Assembly (NCBI RefSeq): GCF_016433145.1
Contig: NC_058133.1
Location: forward strand, 210,206,993-210,270,992
Origin: Gracilinanus agilis
Lineage: Eukaryota
Direction: 5' to 3'
DNA: 64,000 nucleotides
The translations under genes and the position numbers were made by a program. Below are positions 48,065-60,222 of this stretch, piece after piece. Within the stretch, counting starts at the first letter, position 1, and each line of letters begins with the position of its first letter. The notes beneath the pieces were generated by a model. The model saw only the letters and a program-made list of their open reading frames with translations, made no database searches and was not told the DNA's origin.

Positions 48065-51000
48065 CTTGGTGGCAGGGCTAGAAAGAGAAACCCTAAATTG
48101 AGAGAAACCTATAATAGAGGCCAAGGAGCTTGAAAACTGTTATTTCTATTTAGACAAGAGCAATTTCCTCCCTCTCTAGGGCCCCACAGGAAGTTACCCC
48201 TAACAGAATACAACCACAACCCTTGAGAGGCCTCCTGTGGCTAAGTCCTATCAGCATAGTCAGCCTGGTCATTCCCCCTCCTTTTCCCATCCACCAACCC
48301 CAATCTTCTTACCTGCAGTTTCACTTTTGTGCCATCCACAGTCACCACCTTATTCTAGAAAAGAAATAGACAATCAGGGTGGAGGGAAACTGGGATGTTT
48401 GAGGGACTCAAGTTCCTCATCTTTTTAACATACTCTACTTAGAGGGATGTCATACCTTGATCCTTACCAGGGATCCTGGAGATTTGGAAAGACCTAGTAA
48501 CACTTCTGCTCAAACCCAGTCAAAGAAGTAGGAGGAACCCCAAGAGTAAAAGGGTTAGATGTAGTTCCCAGCTATACCTATTACAACATATTTTCTTTTT
48601 CTAACCTCTCCTCCCTAGTTCTTTGCTCTACCTTGGGACTAGAATGATGGAATATTGACTAAAGCACAGCAGAGTTGAAGGGACTAGTCCTAATTCTCAT
48701 TGAGTCAACAGCTAGAACACTCTTTATTCTTTCTCCAAATCTTATCTGCCACTCAAGAAAATATTCAGTTTTGTTACAGTGCCTTACACATAATAGTCAG
48801 TAAATGTTTATTGATATCGCCATGATTGTCTTCTAGAGACATGGTTCCAAAGATCCATTCTGTGAATTTTGACTCAACTGCTGCTTAGCCTAGGATCCAT
48901 TTATCTAATTAAGGAAGAGGGGACAGAGATACCACCATGGAGTTGTTATCCTGTTCCAGTTATCACCCATTCTCATTTCCTGTGACTGAAGACCTCTAGT
49001 AATTGCTTCCTCTTATTTAAACTCTCATAACAGAGTGGTTTGGGGTCTGAATTCAATGATCCAAGCATCTCATATCCCTGGGCTAGGGCAAACACAAATC
49101 TTAACTCCTTCCAGTCCTACTGGATAAGTTACTACTAAGACTGATGATCCAAGAGGGGAATTCTTAGAAGTTCACTTATGCCCTTTTCCATAGAAGGTGA
49201 ACTCATAAAAATTATGAACCATGTAATGTTCAATGTCTTCCCTGCAATGTCCAATTCTATTAGACCAGAAGTTCTATATGGTAATATTATGAATATTCTT
49301 TAACCTAATTAATGTCTAGCATAAAGCTTCATACACTGTAAACTCCATAAAGAACTGACTTGTTGAGGGAGTTGGGAAGCATTCCTTCCAGAGGGCAATG
49401 GGAAAGATAAAGTAGTAGATCAATAGACCCCTAGATAAAATGGCATTCTAATCAAAAGAAGAGGGAGAAAATCTTTCTTCTATTTTCTGTCCCCAGCAGG
49501 TAAATATTATGCTCATTATTCCCAGATTTCTCTTGCTAGAATAGAACTTAGGGATTGCATAGTTCCTACAATTCCACTAAGCAGTGAGAGCACAAGAACT
49601 GTGATGCAGAGATCTTCTCTGCCAAACCTCAACAGACAGGGAGAGAAGGAAGGAGGACAAGGATCCCACTGTCCATGAGCTGAGCTGTAGCCCCAAGGCC
49701 CCACCTGTCTGGAGAAGCCCATAGCCACCTCACCCGGAAGTCTATGCCGACAGTGGCTATGAAGGTCCCGGACAGGAAAGCCCCATCTTTGAAATGGATC
49801 AGGAAACAGGTTTTCCCAACGCCTGAGTCTCCCAACAGCATTACCTAGATGGGGCAGAGTTGGGTTAATAGGGTTAGGGAGGACATAAGAGCTAGAGGAT
49901 GAAGGAAAGGGAATGTACCTAGCAGGTGTTTGTAGGTAGTAGGTGTTTATTAGTTTCTTCTTGATTGACTGGGGGAATTCAGCTGTAAAAGGCACAGGAT
50001 TGTGGGATGGAAAGGGAAGATAGAAGCAAGGGATTTATTTTGCTAGGTTCCTTAGAGGAAAATGAGATGCAGTGGGCATCAACTTGAAAAAAAAAAAAGA
50101 AAATAGTCTTGATTTCATAAAAAAAAAAACCCTTCTTAATAATTAGAAGAATTGGCTGTTTTGGGAAGGAGAGAATTCTCTTGTCTTCAAACAAAGCCTG
50201 GATGATCATTTGCCTGATATATAGAGATTCTTGTGGGAAACGGAGTCCTGCCTGTTTTGCTACCCAGACCCACCCCCATAGTGCCTTCTAATTACCACTA
50301 GGAGATAGTCATTTACCATACCCAATCCTCCCCATCTGTCCTGAACTCTACTTCCTGGATTGAGGTTAGGTGAGGAGGAAACATAAAGCATGTGGTGGTA
50401 GAAAGGTAGGTAGCATAATGGATTCCTGAAGACAGGAGAATCTGGGTTCAAATATGACCTCAGATGCTTCCTAGCTGTGTGATCCTGGACAAGTCACTTA
50501 ACCCTATTGCCTAGCCCTTACTTCTCTTATACTTAGTATTGATTCTAAGACAGAAGGTAAGGGCTTAAAAAAAAAAAAGTACCTGCACCTGATCCTAGTA
50601 CTGGCTTTGCTACTAAATAGTTGTGGAACTCCAGGCTAGGTGGTTGACTTCTGTGGGGTATGCCTTCTCATCTGTAAAATGAGGACACTGGACTAGATGT
50701 TTGATAAGGTTTCTTTCAATGCAAATATGTGGTATCTACATTCTGTCAGAGAGGGATTGGCTAACAACCTGGTTGAGCACAGTTTATCCCTGAGGTGGAG
50801 GGAGTGTGTAGATAAGGGAGCTCATACATCTTAACTGCCTGTTCCCTGTCTCTCAGGCTTCTGGCATCCCTTGCTCCAGGAGGGAAGGGTGGTAGCTGCA
50901 TATGTGTATTTTATATATCATACTAGTTACCCTCCCAGGCAGGCAAATTCCACTAAATACATAAACAGGCCACCCAGAATCTCCACCTTCTAGGCAAACA

Positions 51001-52940
51001 CTTGAGCTAGGAGGGACTATGCTCTGTTATCAACCATGTTAGGTGTTGGGGCTCACTCACTTCCCAGGGCATTGGGCATCAGAATTTCTCCTTCCCTTCC
51101 CTAATCCCATTAAGTCTTTGATTCAATAACATACATTAAGACCCCCATGTGTGAGTCATTGGGAAGCTGGAGTCCCATTTCCCACCACAACCCAGGCACT
51201 GGAGCTTTGGAAACTTGAATAATTTCTTCCTAAATGGTCAAAACCTAATCTCAGGCCCCCATGTACCATATGCATCAGCTCCTGATAAATGGAATGTTTT
51301 CTGGTGGAGTGCTCTGGGATGGAAATATGAAAATCAAGGCAGGTTTCTAGGGAAAAGCCAGGGTTCTTTTCGGAGGTAACACAGGAGTTGCAACCTCCAA
51401 ATATATACTATGTCCCTTAAAGGGGCCAGAGAGCAGAGCAAGACAGGGGCTTAACACATCACCCCTTTCAAATGCTAAAGATCAGTCAAAATGGCCTTTG
51501 TGCTGGGCTTCCTGTTGTTCCTTCCATTCCACATTCTATCTCCAGATTCTATCTTTGTGCTGCCAGTTCCATAAGCTGGGAATGCTCTCTTGCTTCCCCT
51601 TAGAATCACTGGTTTATTTCAACATCCAGCTGATGTCCCACCTCCTAAAAGAAACCCATCCTCATCCCCCTTCACCTGCTACAAATCACCCTAAATTATC
51701 TGGGATTCATTTTGCATTTATTCTGCTGATTATATATGTTCATTTTGTTCCCCCACCCCCCAATTAAATACAAACTGATTGAAAGCAAAGGATATTCTTT
51801 TCTTTGTTTCTCCAGCAATTGGCAAAGTACTAGGCAGATTGCAGGGGCTTAATAAAAGCTTGCTGATTGATTGAGTGGGAGGACCTGGCACTTCCATCAT
51901 CTTTTTCTGAACACTTAGGGATAACTGAATGATGTCTTCCAGGACAGCAAAAAGGCTATATGAACTCAGTCATCTTCCGTTTGAGTTCTCCAAAGAAAAA
52001 TAGAAAATCTATATATTTCCTGATGCTTATTCTGGTGAACTGGAGACAGGAAGAGGAAAAGGATCAAGAACCTTTGATGAATGGGGGAAAGCACACCACT
52101 TGACTACTTTAGGATGTTTTTAACTGAAGAAACCCTTGGGAAAGAATGAGTAAGGTGGATGTCAGCAGGGAGGGTCAGAAACTGGCTCTGGTATTTAAAA
52201 CACAGACTGCAGCAAGTTACTTCCCCCTCACTAGGTCAGTTTCCTCCTTTGTAAAATGCGAGTGTGTCTAGATAATCTTGAAAGTCTTCTCTCCTCTCCC
52301 CAACCCTGCCAAATTCGGATCTCATTTACCAGGGCACTTCTGGCCCATAGAGCCATGGTACCCTCCTACCAAATCCGACACCCCTCTCCCCCCCCCCCCC
52401 CCACACCTAAATCCTCGACTTCTTAGAACCATCAGTCTGAGAGAAGCGCAGCGGAGCTTTCTAGGGAAGGAGTTCTGTCCAGAGATATTCTTTCTCGATC
52501 TCTGGAAGTTTTCCATGAAGGAGTGCTAGGTCCACTAGAATCCAGCTAGGCTCAAGAATTGAGAAGTAGGTGGGAAGCTCTTTAGATTAGGCTCTCTCTG
52601 CCATCACCTTCATTTGCCCAGTTAAGCAAACAAAGCCGGCACAGAAGTTTGGGAGGACCCTGGAGGCAGTTTCTCCTACTTCAACGTGATTATCCTAGCG
52701 TCAAGAAGAACTAGGATGCCTGGAGCGAGATGGGGCTAGGAATTGAGTCCGGATTGGTTCAATTCAGGTAGAAGAGGGAAATAGGGAGGAAGGAAGACTT
52801 AGGGAAGGAGCAGGTTTTGGCGGCGGGAGTTCGCAGGGCACACCGACCTTGCCTGCGAGATCGTAGCTTGGACTGCTGGGCGAGAATCGCTGCGGGGGCC
52901 CGCCACCCCGGGTGACAGTGGTGCCAAAGGGGCTCCTCAT
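43478..52940 (-). CDS. RAB37: Ras-related protein Rab-37, proximal-promoter isoform; join complement 52848-52940, 49734-49844, 48313-48354, 47275-47341, 47101-47153, 45707-45772, 43914-43970, 43743-43819, 43478-43586; 224 aa
   Basis: GDSGVGKT P-loop, [18 protein letters not shown] motifs; C-terminal SCCPFV prenylation motif; exon sizes 93/111/42/67/53/66/57/77/109 in frame; syntenic with SLC9A3R1. Confidence 0.97.
43743..43819 (-). CDS. RAB37: RAB37 exon 8
   Basis: [25 protein letters not shown]. Confidence 0.96.
43914..43970 (-). CDS. RAB37: RAB37 exon 7
   Basis: [19 protein letters not shown]. Confidence 0.96.
44220..44825. repeat. Perfect 76-bp inverted repeat (44220-44295 and 44750-44825), 454-bp spacer
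   Basis: Arms checked base by base, 76/76 reverse-complement identity. Confidence 0.95.
44600..44775 (+). mobile_element. L1 3'-end fragment
   Basis: GAAAGAATTTGAAGCTCAAAATT...TTTTTACATGTACTTGAGAAATATTCAATGAACTAAATAAAA resembles other L1 tails in the window (e.g. about 62760-62830). Confidence 0.6.
45034..45565 (+). mobile_element. Two SINE1-type copies (about 45034-45230, 45409-45565), followed by (TTTTG)n
   Basis: Repeat-family match. Confidence 0.8.
45707..45772 (-). CDS. RAB37: RAB37 exon 6
   Basis: [22 protein letters not shown]. Confidence 0.96.
47101..47153 (-). CDS. RAB37: RAB37 exon 5
   Basis: [18 protein letters not shown]. Confidence 0.96.
47275..47341 (-). CDS. RAB37: RAB37 exon 4 (switch II)
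   Basis: [22 protein letters not shown]. Confidence 0.97.
47843..48062 (+). mobile_element. Young SINE1-type copy with a 28-A tail
   Basis: TSD AAAAGCCTTGGT (47830-47841, 48059-48070). Confidence 0.92.
48313..48354 (-). CDS. RAB37: RAB37 exon 3
   Basis: [14 protein letters not shown]; ttctag acceptor, GTAAG donor. Confidence 0.96.
49734..49844 (-). CDS. RAB37: RAB37 exon 2 (P-loop to switch I)
   Basis: [37 protein letters not shown]; AG/GT flanks. Confidence 0.97.
50405..50578 (+). mobile_element. SINE1-type copy (RAB37 intron 1)
   Basis: Repeat-family match. Confidence 0.75.
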
Positions 52941-53500
52941 GTCCCTGGTGGAGAGGTTTAGCCCAGACAGACGAAAACGGAGAAAGCTGCAACCTGCTCT
53001 GCCCCACCCGAGGCTCCACTCACTTTCTTCTGCCACCCGAGTCCAGGCAGTGCCTGGGACCTGCTATTGCCCTCCGGGGCTGGCCCTAAGTGGACCAGAC
53101 AGTCTTTCCCCGGTTCGATTACCGTGGCCACCCCAGCCCCAGCTTCCTCGGGTAGCTCCCCGCCTCTCTTAGTCCATTCGCCCAGAGGGGAGGGACCGAA
53201 GGAGGCTTGGGTAGGGCGGAGCTGAAGGGGCAAACAGGGCGGCCGGATGATCTTGGTTCTCAAGGACAACCGAGTCAGGTCTCTTGCCTCTTACGTAGGA
53301 CTGCTCCATCAGGGCACAAGCCAAGGTAGCTAGGAACCAGCCCTTCGAAGGAAGGAAACTGCTTTAAACTTCAACCAGTTCCAGCGAAATTCTAGTTTTA
53401 CACGTTGACTGATGAGCCACGAGAGGCTAGTGGGTAGTGTGAAAGCGTTATCCCGAGCTACTCCGGCCACTTGATAACTCTTCCTGCGGGACGGGGACCA
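52790..53500 (-). promoter_or_regulatory. RAB37 proximal promoter / CpG-enriched region
   Basis: Local CpG enrichment over exon 1 and upstream; GC box GGGCGG near 53214. Confidence 0.65.
52848..52940 (-). CDS. RAB37: RAB37 exon 1 ([31 protein letters not shown])
   Basis: 93 nt, AAG|GTCGGT donor, within a CpG-rich region. Confidence 0.9.
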
Positions 53501-53886
53501 GAGAATTTGAGGGTGAGGGGGGAAATTTCCCATGAAAAACGTGAGGGAATCCTGTCTGCACTCCTGCTTGGTTTCAGGGTCAGGTCCCCCCACTCCACCC
53601 CATGTTTCTGCTACCCTCTTATATAGTCTCTTTGTGTGAAAATGTTTACATTTTCAATTAAGGTCAAAGCTATAGCTATAGCAAAGTCACTTTGATGCCT
53701 CTTACGCTCTGCCTGCCCCCCCAGTACTGTGCTAGAACTTCCTATAATAAGTACAACTCTTCCAAAGCCACTTTTCACCAGGGCACGACTCCTTTACCAT
53801 TTTTGTGTAACGGACACCTTTTGAGAGTCTGGTGAAACCTATAGATTCCTTCTCAGAATACTGTTTTAAATGCATAAAATATATGG

Positions 53887-53960
53887 CAGTGATGGCCAAC
53901 CTATGGCAGGGGTGCCAAAGATGGCACTCAGAGCTCTCTGTGGGCACAAAGCCTCACCCC
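53887..53960 (+). mobile_element. 5' fragment of a hAT element (CAGTGATGGCCAACCTATGGCA...)
   Basis: TIR similar to families B and C; no right end found. Confidence 0.6.
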
Positions 53961-54533
53961 GCCCCTAATTCATTACACCGCCTCTCCTTTAGGTGTAGTT
54001 TTCTTCCCTTAGAATGTAATAAGCTCCTTGAAAGTAGGCATCTTCCTGACACATAATAAAGACTTAATAAATGCTTTAATTAATCTAAGGAGTTGAGTCA
54101 ACTCTGGGGAAGAAGGTGTAGGAAATAGGGCTAGTTGTTTTAAGGTAAATTATAATAAACACTCATTAGGTTAAATTTAATTAGATTCTCAGTATTTGCA
54201 TGGAGGAAAATTTGTATGCAAAATTGCCTCCATACAAATGCTGAGAACATAATTAAATTTATATACTATTCTCAGCATTTGAATGGAGGTGAATTCAGGT
54301 TAAAATGACCAGCCAGAACGTGGCAGAGGGCACTCAGCAGGAGTATGTAAGTGGGACAGGAACTGTGGCATTTAAACTTACACATGATCAATCCTCAGGT
54401 CTTTTTTTTTTGTATGTGGCAATTTAATTAGTGAGACTTTAGGATTTAAAGCTCCAAGAACTTTAGAAAGCATCTAATCTAATTCCCTTTTCTGAGACCC
54501 AGAAGTTAGGACTTGCCTGTTACACACGTTCAT

Positions 54534-54735
54534 GTATATTATACATTATTATTATTATATTAATATATTATACATATATTACTACACATATATCCCTATA
54601 TGCAAGTTAATATATAATAACAATATATAATAGTATATATAATATATAATAGTACCTAATAACCATAATAAGTTAGTATATAATAGTTATATATAATATA
54701 TAATATACATATTATATAATAAAAAATAATAACAA
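54534..54735. repeat. AT-rich low-complexity (TA/TAA) tract
   Basis: Direct reading. Confidence 0.85.
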
Positions 54736-54804
54736 GAAGTTATACAAGTAGTAAATCTGAGATTTGAACTTAGTTCTCTTTACTCAAAATCTAAGTGCTT
54801 GGGG

Positions 54805-55430
54805 GAATTTAGGTTGCTCAGTGGATAGAAAACCAGACCTGGAGATAGGGAGTCCTGGGTTCAAATCTGGCCTCAGATACTTCCCAGCTGTGTGACCCTG
54901 GGCAAGTCACTTAACCCCCATTGCCTAGCCCTTACCACTCTTCTACCTTGGAACCAGTACATAGTATTGATTCTAAGACAGAAGATAAGGGTTTAAAAAA
55001 CAACAACAAACAACCTAACTACTCTTTCCATTACTCCAAAGATTCTTAAACTTGTTTTTGTTACAGACCACTTTGGCAGACCAGTAAAATCTATGGACCC
55101 CTTCTCAGAAGGATGTTTTAAATTCATAAAATAAGATACACAAAAATATAAAGGAAACCACTGAATTATAGTCATCAAAATTTTTTTTTAAGTTTAGGAC
55201 CCTACATTAAGAATCTCTGGCACATAGAGGGCAGCTGGGTGGCTCAGTGGATTGAGAGCCAGGCCTAGAGACAGGAAGTCCTGGGTTCAAATCTGTCCTC
55301 AGACACTTCCTAGCTGTGTGACCCTGGGCAAGTCACTTAACTCCCTTTGCCTAGCCCTTACTGCTCTTCAGCCTTAGAACCAATACACAGTCTTGATTCT
55401 AAGATGGAAGGTAAGGGTTTTAAAAAAAAA
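54805..55430 (+). mobile_element. Two SINE1-type copies (about 54805-55010, 55229-55430)
   Basis: Repeat-family match; the second is flanked by an AAGAATCTCTGGC duplication. Confidence 0.85.
55036..55220. mobile_element. Older Charlie-type MITE; a partial related copy lies at about 53770-53880
   Basis: 14-bp TIRs CCAAAGATTCTTAA / TTAAGAATCTCTGG (13/14 match); shared internal CTATGGACCCCTTCTCAGAA motif. Confidence 0.65.
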
Positions 55431-55446
55431 GAATCTCTGGCTCTGA

Positions 55447-55840
55447 TGGAAATAAATAGAACTGGGAAAACACTGTACACAGTAACAGCAATATTATATG
55501 ATGATTAACTGTGAAAGACTTGGCTACTTTCAGCAATGTAAGGACTTATGACAAAGGATGCCAGTCATCCCTCTACCTGCTGGAGTCAGATGCAGATCAA
55601 AGCATTCTAACTTTCACATTCGTTTGTTTTATTTTGGGGTTTTGTTTTAATATGAATATTCTCTTACAACAATGACCTATGTGGAAGTATGTTATGTATG
55701 ATAATATATAACCCAGATCGAGTTGCTTACCAGCTCTGATATAGAGGAGGAAAGGGAGGGAGGCAATTTGAATCTTATAATTTTGGAAAATGTATGTTCA
55801 AAATTATTAGTTGTAATTGAGAAAATAAAAATCTGTGAAT
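55447..55840 (+). mobile_element. L1 3' UTR fragment
   Basis: Typical marsupial L1 tail ending GAGAAAATAAAA. Confidence 0.7.
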
Positions 55841-56404
55841 ATTTTTTAAAAATCTCCTGCATTAAATAATTCAGTTTAACAAAGATTCAAGTTGTCTTCT
55901 TGGGTCCACACTGCCCCCTTATGTCATTGTCCATCCAAAGCCCAGGGGGATTAGTTCCCAAAACCTGGTTGGGGCAGGGGCTACAGACTTATGTAGACTG
56001 ATTTGTCTAGCTCCTTTGATTTCAGGAGGTTAACCAACCATGATCCATCAAGTTAAAGGGCAAGGATGGCAAGACATAGACCACAACTGAAGAAGTTAAC
56101 AAGGAAGAAAATGGAGACAGAGGAAATGGGAGACATTGTTTCAAAACTCTTCTCACATCTGGTTTTCCTTCACCTGATTGTTGGTCTATGAACAAAGGAC
56201 CAAAGACTGTTGGAAAGACTCTTGGAGAGTCTATTAAAGACACCTTATTTATAATAGAAGAGTTGAATAAATAAAGGCAGAAAAGGATGCTGGCACATTA
56301 GACTACCTTCTCTTTTTCCTCACCAGTATCCTTGTAAATTTGGACATTGCCTTCCCCTGGTGAAGGAAAGGCAGTTATTCTCTCTATATACACACACAGA
56401 CACA

Positions 56405-56923
56405 CACCCTTACCTTCTGTCTTAGACTCAATGCTATGTATTGGTTCCAAGGCAGAAGAGGGGTAAGGGTAGGCAATAGGTGTTAAGAGACTTGCTCTAG
56501 GTCACATAGCTAGGAAGTGTAGGTGACCAGAATTGAATGCAGGACCTCCCATTTACAGTCCTGGCTCTCTTCACTGAGCCACCTAGCTGCCCTCTCTTGG
56601 GTCTTCTTAATATGATATTAATCCCTTGACAAGGTGAACTCTTAGGTAAGGTATTAATGTGCCTCACCTTGGCTCCTTTGATTGACTGATTGATCCAAGG
56701 CCAGGTCATACATCTGCCTTATAGTTTTTGACCCAGTTGTTAAAAACAGGGCAAGTCACTTAACCCCCATTGCCTAGTCCTTACCCTTCTTCTGCTTTGG
56801 AACTAACACACAGTATTGAGTCTAAGACAGAAGGTAAGGGTTTAAAATTTTAAAAAGAAAGAGTGAGGGAGAGGGCAAAAAGGAGAGAGACAGAAGGACA
56901 AACAGAGACAGGCAGAGACAGAA

Positions 56924-57006
<83 letters not shown>

Positions 57007-58420
57007 ACATCTATGCAATTACTTGGCCTCTCTAGGATCTCCTTGTCCCGGGAAAGGAAAAACCATACAACCGCAGGGAGGGTAGAAGATGGAAGTATAG
57101 GTGGCTTAGTAAAGAGTTCCTGGGCCAAACTGGGAACTGCAGGACTTAACGATAGAGATGACTCCATCCCATGTCACGAGAGCTCTTTGAGCGTAGGGAT
57201 CTATCTTTTGCCTCTTTTTCTATCCCTAGTGCTTGGCACATAGTAGGCCCTTAATAAATATTGATTGAAATGGAGCAATTACTTAACCAAGCCACCTGTC
57301 TTTGATAGTCCGAGTTATTACACTTAGTGAAAGAATTCTAAGGCCAGTCAGGGATGAGAGCCAAGGAGCAGCAAAGGCCCAAGACATATAGAGGAACAAA
57401 TCCTGATCATGTACCAGGAATTAAATAGACTGGGAAGATTTGGAGGAAAAGGAGTTGACTCCATTGTAATCCTGAATGCTTTACATTGGAAGGACTACAC
57501 AGGCTCCTGAAGGAGACTGGGTCAGAGAAGGAAGTATTTTGAAAGTTTATTAAAGTGAGTGAGAATCTTTTGTTTCTTTGATTAGTGAAATAAATCCTGA
57601 CTTCATGTGTTGTTAGCTTGAGTAAATTTCTCTGGAAGCTGAGGGCACTTTGCCCTTTGCTGTTGCCATTTTTTTTTTTTAAAACCCTTACCTTCCATCT
57701 TAAAATCAAAACTGTCTTTTGGTTCCAAGGCAGAAGAGCGGTAAGGGCTAGGCAATGGGGGTTAAGTGACTTCCCTAGGGTCACCCAGCTAGGAAGTGTC
57801 TGAGGACAGATTTGAACCCATCTAAAGCCCTGGCTCTCAATTCACTGAATCACCTAGCTTGCTCCCTATTGTTACCAAATTCTGATATTCCTAAGAGAAA
57901 ACCCATCCTGGAGGCAGGAACTGATAAGAGAAATACTTAGTGAGGATACTTAGGCCACTAGGTGGTGCAGTAGATAGAACATTGGGCCCCTTTGTCGGGA
58001 AGACTCACCCTAGTCATGGAACTGGTCCAGATTTGCCCTCAGACACTCCCTAAATGAATGACTCTTAATCACTCTGTCTTCTTCATTTTCCTCCTCATCT
58101 GTAAAATGGGGATAATAATGACACCTACCTCCTAGCATTATTATGAGGATAAAATGAGATATTATAAAGTGTTTCACACACATCGATGCATGATAGAAAT
58201 ACTAACTATTGTTATTTTTATTGTTGTTATCATCATCATTAATCCATCACAGACCTGAATGGAACCGTAGTTCTCACCATGCTCAGAGGTTGAAACCTCT
58301 TCACTATTTTTTTAACTCCAACCTTCCAAGTTAGAATTAATACTGTATATTGGTTCCAAGGTCGAAGAGTAGTAAGAACTAGTAATGGGGGTTAAGTGAC
58401 TTCTCCAAGGTCTTACAGCT
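56405..58420. mobile_element. SINE/MIR cluster: about 56405-56592(-), 56745-56855(+), 57673-57862(-), 57950-58220(+, MAR1/MIR-like), 58305-58420(-)
   Basis: Repeat-family match. Confidence 0.75.
56928..57006. repeat. (GA)n microsatellite
   Basis: Direct reading. Confidence 0.95.
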
Positions 58421-60111
58421 AGAAAACCTATCACTTTCATGGTGAATTACCAAAACCCTCACTACAACCTGGGGCTGGTGGCATTACCATGATTGTTGCT
58501 GTCAGCTTCATTGTTGTCAGCTGCACATTTTCATGGGTTCTTTGCAGTTTACCTCATAACTATGTGAAGTGGGCAGTATATTTATTCCTATTTTACAGAT
58601 GAGGAAACTGAGGATCAGAAAGGTAACATACCTTATCGATAGACATACAACTAGGAATTTGGGACTCAAGCCAAATCCAATGTTCTTTCTATTGTACAAG
58701 GCTGTTTCTCCATTATCTATAGAACATTTGGAACCATTAGAAAGCACTGGGAATAATCAATATCACAACAGGGCTTTGGTACACATTTGGTCAATCTCTT
58801 CTGATTTGTCTCCTAGGTAGTCACTTGAGTTTTTGTCTTTCACACATCCCCAACCCCGACTTTGCCCTCAGTCTGGAATCCCTTGGCATTGCTTCCTACT
58901 AAAACAAGAAAGAAACAATCTTATGTGAGTGTGAGCTTGGGGATGTAGGCATCATCGATCAGATTCCTAGGACACCCTGCTCTTTATCTTGGAATTGTTC
59001 CAAAGAATTGTGCTTTTGGCTTGAATGGGTTCCATCTTTCACTACTTTCTAAAATTATATAAAAATGCTCCAGAGAAGGGAGCAAGTCTCGTGTCAGAGA
59101 GAGAGAGAGTCCTGAATGAAACTCTTTCTTATAAGGCCAATGACATCACTCCTTTTGCATCTCTAATTGGTCAGCCTTAACTTCAGACCAGTCCTGAGTA
59201 CTAATTTCTGGGCACATTACCTGCCAACCCCTTCCAGAAGTTAGGATCCCAGATACCCACATGGCACTTCAGTCACACAACTCACTGGCATCCTGACTTA
59301 ATACACATGCATGGATAAGGGGTTACATTTATATTAATTTCACACAGTCCATTTTATAATCCCTCATCAACCAGCAAAACCTTTGATGATAATGGTGGAC
59401 TATGGCCCATTCAGATTCCTGTGGGATGACTGACAAACTTCTCCCTTTTCTGACCAAGAGACAATGAAAGAAATATAAAATTGGTACTTCCTTTGTTCCC
59501 ATCACCTCCAAAATCAGAATAATCCTACCAATTACTCTCAGAGTTCACAAAAGACCATCCCTTTCCTTTCACCTTAGGATCCATTTTTATAATCTTGTAA
59601 AACCAGTTCCATTTCTCTGACAATTTCAGAAGGCTGATCAATGACTTTTATCTCATACATGAATCAAAGAGGGAGAAATGAGAATATGCCAGAAATCACA
59701 TTTGACCTTTTCCTAACCCTGTAATTCTAGAGAAGAGTTCTCTGTTCCTGTTTAGGAAGAAAAGGGAGAAGAAAATCTCTTCTAAAGGTTTTCTAGGGAA
59801 GGTATGACTGACTACAAATTGCAAACAATGCTGGGTAGAAGTTGAGGATAAGGACAACATTTTATGGGACTAAAGCTCCTACTCTATTAACTTCCCATAA
59901 ACTTGCAGCCCAAGAAGCTATATATTATCCTGAACAATCTAGTGCTGTAGGACAATGCACATAGAAACGCATTTGAGTCCCTTGTTTTTTAGGTTCATGG
60001 GTCCATAGGAACTCATGTGACCATGCTAAATTCTGACCTTTTAAAATCTCAAACCACCAGGTTGAACTGCTGCCTGAAGTCCTGGAGCATAGCCAGCTAG
60101 TGAGTGCTTAC

Positions 60112-60222
60112 TGTGAATCCGATGCCCACGGTGGCTGAAAAGGAGCCCGGGATAAACTTGCCCTGGTCAAACTGAACCAGCAGAGATGTCTTCCCCACAC
60201 CGCTATCTCCCACCAGGATGGT
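60112..60222 (-). CDS. RAB37: RAB37 alternative (paralogous) exon 2 of a distal-promoter isoform
   Basis: Missed by the ORF track; ccttacag acceptor, GTAAGC donor, 111 nt, phase 0-0; [37 protein letters not shown], 21/37 identical to exon 2; joins exon 3 in frame. Confidence 0.92.

Noticed and set aside
52941-53036. Upstream in-frame extension of RAB37 exon 1
   Set aside because: Starts at GTG with no ATG; the 31-codon exon matches the expected size
56822-57243. ORFs of 62-126 aa rich in SL or ER repeats
   Set aside because: Translation of the (GA)n microsatellite
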